Source of the DNA: an uncultured Bacteroidota bacterium | GTDB lineage: Bacteria; Bacteroidota; Bacteroidia; Bacteroidales; SZUA-534 | DNA length: 64,000 bases | NCBI GenBank assembly: GCA_946414435.1 | Contig: CAMKOM010000003.1 | Location: 68,086 to 132,085 of the forward strand | Reading direction: 5' to 3' | Part shown: piece by piece, positions 1 through 6,482 of the stretch | Numbering within the stretch: the first letter of the stretch is position 1 | How the letters are laid out: each line of letters opens with the position of its first letter | The notes under the pieces: model-generated | Told to the model about the DNA's origin: nothing | What the model saw: only the letters and a program-made list of their open reading frames with translations | The model's database searches: none | Program-made: the position numbers and the translations under genes

Positions 1-100
1 CTATTTTCATTTCCTTGATATTTAATATTTTAAAATTGTTTGACTTTCTGTTTTATTGTTTAATTGGTGAATCGTTGAATCGTTCTGCCGTTTGTCTCTT

Positions 101-125
101 CGGACGCGGCACGCCACGTCCCTAC
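101..125 (-). repeat. GC hairpin repeat (family H1) GTAGGGACGTGGCGTGCCGCGTCCG, located 3' of the SusC-like gene
   Basis: The string is the exact reverse complement of 42143-42167. Related copies lie at 6395-6422 and 51297-51321. All sit at gene 3' ends. Confidence 0.8.
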
Positions 126-250
126 CAACACCCAAAACCTAACACCCAATACCATTCACCCCTTTTCATTGTTAATTATTAATTGTTAATTGTTAATTCC
201 GTGTCAATCAGTGTTATCTGTGTTATCCGTGCGAAAAATCCACGTTCAAA

Positions 251-3200
251 TCAAAGTGTCAGTTTCACCCCCGCAATCACGCTTCGCGAAGCAGGATAAA
301 CGCCTGAATCAGTGCCACTTGCCACTTCGGGGTCGTAGCCCTTGTAGCGTGTGGCGGTGAACAGGTTGCTGCCCGTGGCAAACACCCGCAACTGCGCGTT
401 GTATTCCTTTGGAAGCGGCACGTTGTAACCGATGGTCAGTTCGCGAAGTTTCAGATAACCAGCATTTTGCACATATCGGCTGTCGATGTGGGCGAACGGC
501 CGCGGACGGCTTGCCAGCGGCAGCGTGTTGCCGCCGTTTTCGGGTGTCCACGAGTCCTTGACGGTTGCCAGAACATTGTACGAATCGCCCGTCAGTTCGA
601 GCCTGCGGCCCAGCGCGTTATACACCTTGTTGCCCACGCTGAACCCGAACGATGCCGAAAAATCGATGCCTTTCCAGTTCACTTGCGTCGAGAACCCGCC
701 AGTCAGTTTCGGTTGGATGCTGCCCAGAATCACGCGGTCGTTGCCGTCGATGCGGCCGTTGCCGTCGATGTCTTCAAACTTCAGGTCGCCAGGCTGCGGC
801 GTCTGACCGTTGATGGTTGGCAATTTGGTCACGTCCTCGCCGCTCTGCACAATGCCGCCGAACTTCAGCCCGTAGAATGCGCCCAGCGGCTCGCCCTTGC
901 GCAGAATCTGCTGATTGTCAGAACCTTGAATCACATTATTGGTCGTTCCCATATCGGTGATTCGGTTTTGGTTCAATGCGGCGTTCGCCGATGCCGTCCA
1001 CGACAGCCGTTTGCGCTCAACCAGCGTTGTGTTCACGGCCAGTTCTACGCCTTTATTCACCACATTTCCAACATTTTGCAACTGTGTTGTCACACCCGTC
1101 GAGAAGCCCACAGGCACGTCGAGCAGCAGGTCGCTCGTTTTCTTGTAATAGATGTCGAAAACAAAGTCTAACTTATTGTTATACAGTCCCAAATCGAAAC
1201 CAGCATTGTAACTTGCCGTTGTTTCCCACTTCAAGTTGTCGTTGGCCGTGTTCTTCTTTGCGTAACTGCTCGAACCGCCGTAAGAGCCTGTGGCATACGA
1301 AGTTGTGAAAGCGTAATCGCTGATTTCCTGATTGCCCACAACGCCGCCCGTCAAGCGGATTTTCAGGTAGGTCACCTTGCTGAAAGTGCTCATAAACGCT
1401 TCTTTATCAACGTTCCACGACAGTCCGAGCGATGGGAAATAGCCCCAGCGGTGGCTGTGCGCAAAGCGGCTCGAATTGTCGGCGCGGAAAGTGGCCGTCA
1501 GGTTGTATCTGTCACTCAATGTGTAGTTTACGCGAGCGATGAGCGAATTCAGTTTCGCCTCGCTGATGCCCGTTTGCGGCGTGTAGATGCCCGAGCCGTC
1601 GCCCAAATTGTACTGTTTCAGCACCTCGTTTGTGAAGTGATTGGTGCGCACAACGCTGTTGGTCGATGTTGATGTCTGACGTGTGAAACCTGCCAGAAAA
1701 TCAATCGATTGGCTGCCGCCCAAATCCTTCTGATAGGTGGCTGTGTATTCCTGCTGCCAAACGTCGGTCTGACGGTTGCCCGTGCCGCCCACGCCTTCAG
1801 TGGCAAGGCCCAGCGACGTGTACGCACCCGAAAAAGTGTTCTGCGTCAAGTGCTCGCTGTTCAGCCCGACCGACGCTTTAAGTGTCAGATTGCCAACCGT
1901 ATAACTACTCCAAACATTCGAGAGCAGATAGTTGTTCAGGTTTTCGGCCACGCTTTCGCGAAGGTCGTAAACAGGGTTGGCCGCGTGGTCGCCGATGGCG
2001 AAATAGGCGTACTCGTATGGGTTGCTGAAATTGTAGTCGCCGTTGGCGTTATAAACCTCAACCACAGGCGGCATAAGCAGCGCATAGACGAAACTGTTGG
2101 TGATTCCTGCCGAGAATGGCGACGAGTTGAAAACCTGCTTTTCGGTGGTCGTCAGGCCGCGCTGACGGATGCGTCCGTAAGTTGTGTTCACGCCGAAGCG
2201 CACCTGCTTGCGCGGTTCCCATTCCACGTTGGTGTGGAAGTTATATCGTTGAAAACCAGAGTTCAAAACAATGCCGTCTTGGTCGGTGTAGTTGGCCGAG
2301 AAGGTGTAGCGGCTCTTGTCGCCCGCACCCTTCACGCTCAAGTCGTGCACCTGCTGAACGGCTGTCCGCAGAACGGCGTCCTGCCAGTCGGTGCCGTTGC
2401 CCAGAGCCGCAATCTGCTCGTCGGTGTAACCGCCCTTGTTGCTGAAATATTTCTTCTGAAAATCAGCCCATTCACGCGCGTTTAAAAGGTCGAGTTTGTG
2501 GCTCACGCGGCTCAAGCCGATGCTGTAGCCATAGACAATGCCGCCGAATTTCTCGCCCGCCTTGCCCTTTTTGGTCGTTATCAGAATCACGCCGTTCGCA
2601 CCGCGCGACCCGTAAATGGCTGTCGCAGAGACGTCTTTCAGCACCTCAACCGACTCAATGTCGTCGGGGTTCACCGTCGAGAGCGGATTCAGGCTGCCCT
2701 CAATCGAGCCCAGACCCGTGCCCGTGTTGGCCGCGTCCTTGAAATAGATGAAACCGTCAATCACGTAGAGCGGCTCGTTGCTCGCATTCACCGAGTTGCC
2801 GCCGCGGATGCGGATGTGGCTGTCGGCGCCAGGCTGTCCGCTGCTTGCCGTAACGGCCAGTCCCGCAACCTTTCCGCTCAACGCCTTGTCAACCGATGGC
2901 GCCGCCGTGCGGCTGATGGCTTCGGCCTTGACCGTGGCCACACTGCCCGTCAGTTGCGTGCGTTTCTGCGTGCCGTAGCCCACAACAACCACCTCGCTCA
3001 ACTTGTTCAGGTTCTCTGTCAGTTGAACCTCAATAGGTTCCGATGCCTCGTACACGTCGATTTCCTGCGAGCGGTAGCCCACAAACTGAATCAGCAGCGT
3101 GAGCGGAAGTTTCACTTTTGTTTTGAGCGTGAAGTTGCCGTCAAGGTCGGCCACCGTGCCCAATTCGTTGCCCGTTGTCGGCACAATGGTTGACCCGATG

Positions 3201-3313
3201 AGCGGGTCGCCCGTCCGAGCGTCGGTCACGCGGCCAGTTATGGTGGTGGTCTGCGCCGACGCCGAACTTGCTGACACAAAAGCAATTATAATTATGAGTA
3301 ATATCTTTTTCAT
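251..3313 (-). CDS. SusC/RagA-family TonB-linked outer membrane receptor
   Basis: Long ORF. I place the start at the ATG at 3311-3313, giving the signal peptide MKKILLIIIIAFVSASSASAQ. It has an N-terminal carboxypeptidase-D-like regulatory domain (TITGRVTDARTGDPLIGSTIV) and a plug motif (IESVEVLKDVSATAIYGSRGANGVILITTKKGK). The C-terminus is beta-barrel-like. Confidence 0.9.
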   Translation of the reverse strand: MKKILLIIIIAFVSASSASAQTTTITGRVTDARTGDPLIGSTIVPTTGNELGTVADLDGNFTLKTKVKLPLTLLIQFVGYRSQEIDVYEASEPIEVQLTENLNKLSEVVVVGYGTQKRTQLTGSVATVKAEAISRTAAPSVDKALSGKVAGLAVTASSGQPGADSHIRIRGGNSVNASNEPLYVIDGFIYFKDAANTGTGLGSIEGSLNPLSTVNPDDIESVEVLKDVSATAIYGSRGANGVILITTKKGKAGEKFGGIVYGYSIGLSRVSHKLDLLNAREWADFQKKYFSNKGGYTDEQIAALGNGTDWQDAVLRTAVQQVHDLSVKGAGDKSRYTFSANYTDQDGIVLNSGFQRYNFHTNVEWEPRKQVRFGVNTTYGRIRQRGLTTTEKQVFNSSPFSAGITNSFVYALLMPPVVEVYNANGDYNFSNPYEYAYFAIGDHAANPVYDLRESVAENLNNYLLSNVWSSYTVGNLTLKASVGLNSEHLTQNTFSGAYTSLGLATEGVGGTGNRQTDVWQQEYTATYQKDLGGSQSIDFLAGFTRQTSTSTNSVVRTNHFTNEVLKQYNLGDGSGIYTPQTGISEAKLNSLIARVNYTLSDRYNLTATFRADNSSRFAHSHRWGYFPSLGLSWNVDKEAFMSTFSKVTYLKIRLTGGVVGNQEISDYAFTTSYATGSYGGSSSYAKKNTANDNLKWETTASYNAGFDLGLYNNKLDFVFDIYYKKTSDLLLDVPVGFSTGVTTQLQNVGNVVNKGVELAVNTTLVERKRLSWTASANAALNQNRITDMGTTNNVIQGSDNQQILRKGEPLGAFYGLKFGGIVQSGEDVTKLPTINGQTPQPGDLKFEDIDGNGRIDGNDRVILGSIQPKLTGGFSTQVNWKGIDFSASFGFSVGNKVYNALGRRLELTGDSYNVLATVKDSWTPENGGNTLPLASRPRPFAHIDSRYVQNAGYLKLRELTIGYNVPLPKEYNAQLRVFATGSNLFTATRYKGYDPEVASGTDSGVYPASRSVIAGVKLTL

Positions 3314-3332
3314 AGATAAAATCCGAGTGAAA

Positions 3333-3358
3333 GGGTTGCGGACCGAGCGGCCCGCCCC
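3333..3358 (-). promoter_or_regulatory. Intercistronic GC-rich hairpin between the binding-protein gene and the SusC-like gene
   Basis: On the minus strand, GCGGGCCGCUCGGUCCGC (3355-3338) folds into a 7-bp stem (one G-U pair) with a 4-nt loop. It is flanked by GGG/CCC and has no U-tract. Confidence 0.45.
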
Positions 3359-3393
3359 TGTATTCAAAAACTTTTATGATGTTGGTAATCAGA

Positions 3394-4239
3394 CTATTCC
3401 TGTGCCAGGTCTTTCGATGGTAGTTTCAGCAGGCCGTATTGGTGCAGATACTGCGCGCCGTTGGTCAGGGTCCACTGCACAAAATTGTTGAGCAGCGCGT
3501 TCGAGTGGTCGTAGGCGAAAGCCGCATTGCCCACAGGAATCTCGCTGTAGCGTGCGTGCTCGAGCAGAGTCAGAATCTCGTCGAGTTGGCCGTCGGCCAG
3601 CACCTGCTCACCCTGTTTGTCAAGGTCGAGCGGCAGCAGAGCGATGTCTTTCTTCAGTTGGCGGCTCTCAAGGTCGAAAATATTTGACAATGTGCTGATT
3701 GTGACGCCCCACGGGTCGCGGCTCACGGCCACAGTCAGGTAAGAGTCGTCGCCCGAAATCTTCTTTCCGCGATAGTCGGCAGCCGCCTCGTCGAAATGCT
3801 CGGCATAGAACCGCGACACCGACTGTTGGCCAGTTGCGGTGTAGATGTGGATTTTCTGCTCGGTGGCTGTCGGCTCGTCGTCCTCAAACAGGTCCTCAAC
3901 AAAGAAGAGCGCCTTAATCCGTTTTGCGTTCAGGCGGCGACCAATCAGCCCCGCCGCTTCCGACTCTTTGGCCGAAACGGGCAACACCGCGTAGCGCGCA
4001 AAGTTCACACCGTCGGCGCTGTTGCTCACAACCGAAAGGCTGTTCTTCTCGCCAGCCTGCGCCTTGCCAGCCTTAAACACAAACTCAACGCCCGTGTTGG
4101 TTTTGCTGTATTCGTCGGCCCACTTCTCAACAAGCGGTTTGACCGAATTTGGCACGTGCACCGTAACTTGTTGGCTTTGAGCCAAAACCGATGCCTGAAA
4201 TCCTAAAACTATTGCTACTGTATATATTATCTTTTTCAT
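3394..4239 (-). CDS. Secreted periplasmic-binding-protein-fold protein (PstS / PBP type 2-like); ligand unknown
   Basis: ATG at 4237-4239 and signal peptide MKKIIYTVAIVLGFQASVLAQ. The N-terminus (VTVHVPNSVKPLVEKWADEYSKTNTGVEFVF) and C-terminus (FVQWTLTNGAQYLHQYGLLKLP) resemble PstS-type binding proteins from memory. It is the first gene of an operon with the SusC-like gene. Confidence 0.55.
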   Translation of the reverse strand: MKKIIYTVAIVLGFQASVLAQSQQVTVHVPNSVKPLVEKWADEYSKTNTGVEFVFKAGKAQAGEKNSLSVVSNSADGVNFARYAVLPVSAKESEAAGLIGRRLNAKRIKALFFVEDLFEDDEPTATEQKIHIYTATGQQSVSRFYAEHFDEAAADYRGKKISGDDSYLTVAVSRDPWGVTISTLSNIFDLESRQLKKDIALLPLDLDKQGEQVLADGQLDEILTLLEHARYSEIPVGNAAFAYDHSNALLNNFVQWTLTNGAQYLHQYGLLKLPSKDLAQE

Positions 4240-4332
4240 TGTATTTTCGTTTTTAAAGTATTGATATTGTATTTATTAAAGATTGTTGTGGCCTTCGTTT
4301 CTACAGCGGCGCCACGGTCCGCACTTCCAATC

Positions 4333-4407
4333 TCACTCGTTGCAACAGCAACACATTCGCATTCGTTTTGTCATTTCCATTGTTTTAATCCGTTTCATTT
4401 CTCTCAT
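4333..4407 (-). CDS. Candidate regulatory leader peptide MREMKRIKTMEMTKRMRMCCCCNE
   Basis: A 24-codon ORF begins about 10-20 nt after the predicted -7 box and ends 93 nt before the binding-protein ATG. It has four consecutive Cys codons (TGT TGC TGT TGC, 4353-4342) and six ATG codons. Coding status is unproven. Confidence 0.45.
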   Translation of the reverse strand: MREMKRIKTMEMTKRMRMCCCCNE

Positions 4408-4423
4408 CACATTTTTGACGATG

Positions 4424-4557
4424 CAAAAGTGCAATGTTTGGAAATATCCACCAAATAGTTTAATTATAACGGAAAATATAACTACAAAATCCACTTTCAT
4501 AGAATCTAATTCTTTGCACCCCCTCAAATAAGGCGGGTGCGTAGAATAATATTCTAC
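4424..4557 (-). promoter_or_regulatory. Promoter plus upstream operator module of the binding-protein/SusC operon
   Basis: On the minus strand there is a -7-like box TGCACTTTTG (4433-4424) and a 15-nt block GAAATATCCACCAAA (4441-4455) identical to 13745-13759. Two 13-bp palindromes are present: AGAATCTAATTCT (4501-4513) and AGAATAATATTCT (4543-4555, inside the 17-bp perfect palindrome 4541-4557). Their centres are 42 bp apart. Confidence 0.6.
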
Positions 4558-4660
4558 CAACACGGTAGATTGGTAGGTTGATAGAACGTTTTTTGTGGTG
4601 TTTTTATTGGGATTTTGTAGGGTTGCACAGCGCGGTTTGTAGGACTGACGCACAAATTAT

Positions 4661-4778
4661 GTAGGGCTGTCACACCGTGGCAGCCGCAAATTGCAAATGC
4701 AAACCGCAATTTATCGCAATCAACCATTCATTACGCGGCTGCCGTAATACGACAGCCCTATAGCCCGGATGATAATCA
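4661..4778. repeat. Composite repeat: arm A (GTAGGGCTGTCACACCGTGGCAGCCGC, 4661-4687) plus 77-nt arm B (4702-4778)
   Basis: Arm B is repeated directly at 6108-6184 with a few mismatches, and arm A at 6196-6221. Parts of A and B are mutually complementary (TAGGGCTGTC/GACAGCCCTA and GCAGCCGC/GCGGCTGC). Arm B overlaps the stop codon of the ATPase gene. Confidence 0.8.
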
Positions 4779-5948
4779 ATAGTTTAATCCAAAAGCCCAG
4801 AGCGGCACAACGTTGCCTGAACCATATTCAATGTCGTCTTTCACCACAAAACCATCGTTCACACTAGCAATCTGCCGCAGCCCCTTACTCTTGCCGCCGA
4901 CTTCGAATGTAATATTATCTATTTTGAAATCAGCAACTTCCGATGCTGTAACTTTATGATTGACTCTCATCTGATTAAAGAAAATCGTCTCTCGGACATT
5001 GCCGATGTATGTTGCATTGCCGCCCAAAACGTATGCTAAATTGGTGTTATCCAGATAAATTTTCTCAACCTTGCCCAACCCGATTATTCCGCCTGTCGCA
5101 TCGCGCAACTGACCAATCATTCCGGCGCGTTCCATATAGTAGAAATAGTTGCCAACGTCGTTACGGCTCACGTTTATCATTTTCGAAATCTTGTCCAAAA
5201 CCGGCTTGAACGGCGAGCTTTCGGCAACAATCGCAAGTAGTTTTTTCAGCTTCTGCCCTGTTGCAACGTTCATTTTGGCAAACTGCGGAATGTCCACTTC
5301 CATAGTAAAATTTATCACTTGATTCAGTTCAACATCGAACCGGCTGTCTGTGGCAAACGGATAGTAGCCGCGTTGCAGATAGTCGCGGAACAGTGGCAGC
5401 GGATGACGCTCGGCGGCTATCTCGGCGCGATTTGCAAGAATATCTTCCAACTCGTATTTCGGAACCGTAATCTTATGAAACATAGCAAGATACTCACGAA
5501 ACGACAGACCTTGCATATAATACATTGGCGCACGACGGCTTAAGTCGGCCTCACCTTTGTTGATGTCGAGTATCGACGAGCCTGTGAAAGCGATTTTCAA
5601 ATCGGGGTGAGTGTCGTAAATCTGCTTCAGTTCTCTCGACCAATTCGGATATTTATGTATCTCATCTATAAACAAATGCTGCCCGCCCTCGCGGCTGAAC
5701 TCATCGGCAGTATCGACTAACGAATGAGCGGCAAAATAGGTGTTGTCGGCCGAAATGTAGAGAATCCGCTCACGGTCGAAGTTTTGCTTGATATATTGCA
5801 GAAACAGAATTGTCTTGCCAACACCGCGCGGCCCAACCAAACCGAAAAGTCGGTCATTCCAATTGATTCGCTCGTACATATATCGCTGAAAATCAACAGG
5901 CACATTTGCCAACTGATTCCTCATATACGTGATTAGGTTCGTATCCAT
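4776..5948 (-). CDS. AAA+ ATPase with DUF4143-type C-terminal domain (COG1373-like)
   Basis: Start placed at the ATG at 5946-5948 (MDTNLITYMRNQL). Walker A is GPRGVGKT and Walker B-like is HLFIDEIH. The C-terminal region is typical of DUF4143 proteins, from memory. Confidence 0.8.
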   Translation of the reverse strand: MDTNLITYMRNQLANVPVDFQRYMYERINWNDRLFGLVGPRGVGKTILFLQYIKQNFDRERILYISADNTYFAAHSLVDTADEFSREGGQHLFIDEIHKYPNWSRELKQIYDTHPDLKIAFTGSSILDINKGEADLSRRAPMYYMQGLSFREYLAMFHKITVPKYELEDILANRAEIAAERHPLPLFRDYLQRGYYPFATDSRFDVELNQVINFTMEVDIPQFAKMNVATGQKLKKLLAIVAESSPFKPVLDKISKMINVSRNDVGNYFYYMERAGMIGQLRDATGGIIGLGKVEKIYLDNTNLAYVLGGNATYIGNVRETIFFNQMRVNHKVTASEVADFKIDNITFEVGGKSKGLRQIASVNDGFVVKDDIEYGSGNVVPLWAFGLNY

Positions 5949-5980
5949 AGCATTAGTTTTTTTGCAAATATAAGCGATAT

Positions 5981-6060
5981 TGCACTTCGTAGGTGCAGTT
6001 TTGTATAATAATTTGCACTTCGTGGGTGCAAATTTAAGAGAAGATTGCACCTTCCGGGTG
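5981..6060 (-). promoter_or_regulatory. Three phased hairpin or palindromic operator-like sites upstream of the ATPase gene
   Basis: The sites are TGCAC-TTCGTAG-GTGCA (5981-5997), TTTGCAC-TTCGTGG-GTGCAAA (6012-6033) and a degenerate CACC-TTCCG-GGTG (6048-6060). Their centres are about 32-33 bp apart. The first abuts the -7 box TATATTTG (minus strand, 5972-5965). Confidence 0.55.
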
Positions 6061-6107
6061 AAATTATTAGGTTTTACTTACGAGAACAACGCTTATTTTG
6101 GAACACC

Positions 6108-6221
6108 AACCGCAAATTAACGCAATCAACCATTCATTACGCGGCTGCCGTAATACGACAGCCCTACGGCCGCGAATGATAATTACAACCAATCCGTAGG
6201 GTGTCACACCGTGGCAGCCGC
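6108..6221. repeat. Second copy of repeat arm B (6108-6184) followed by arm A' (6196-6221)
   Basis: This is a direct repeat of 4702-4778 and 4661-4687, with the order of arms inverted relative to the left copy. Together the two copies bracket the ATPase gene. Confidence 0.8.
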
Positions 6222-6286
6222 ACACCGCCACAACGCGCCAAAATTGGGAACATTGCCATCAATTACCAACATTTCACACCGCCAAA

Positions 6287-6422
6287 CGCCGAAGGCGTGA
6301 CATACCACAGGCCGGGGTGTAAACCCCGGTTGGGCGCCAGCGCATAAAATGAACGCCGAAGGCGTGGCACGAAATCATCGGCGGCATTAAACACGTAGAG
6401 ACGCGATTAATCGCGTCTCTAC
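6287..6422. repeat. Cluster of small GC hairpins (REP/BIME-like)
   Basis: CGCCGAAGGCG occurs at 6287-6297 and 6354-6364. CCGGGGTGTAAACCCCGG is at 6312-6329. A perfect 28-nt palindrome, GTAGAGACGCGATTAATCGCGTCTCTAC, is at 6395-6422. Confidence 0.75.
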
Positions 6423-6482
6423 ACACATTATCAATATTTTGCCGCTTTATACAGATTCACAAACACCCAGAATAAGGCAATA

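Noticed and set aside
1-10. Start of a minus-strand gene (ATGAAAATAG...) at the window edge, possibly SusD-like.
   Set aside because: Only three codons are visible, so neither coding status nor family can be supported.
4240-4332. Possible cobalamin riboswitch in the leader of the TonB-dependent receptor operon. GGAAGTGCGG...GCCGCTGTAGAAAC vaguely recalls the GGGAA...GCCACTG core.
   Set aside because: There is no recognisable B12 box and no GGTG..AA..CC element, and the segment is far too short for the multi-helix cobalamin aptamer. The similarity amounts to a few GC-rich words only.
4333-4653. The 106-aa ORF from the track that spans the whole promoter region.
   Set aside because: Its N-terminal three-quarters would lie upstream of the predicted promoter and across the operator palindromes. 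Only the last 24 codons (4407-4333), downstream of the -7 box, are considered meaningful.
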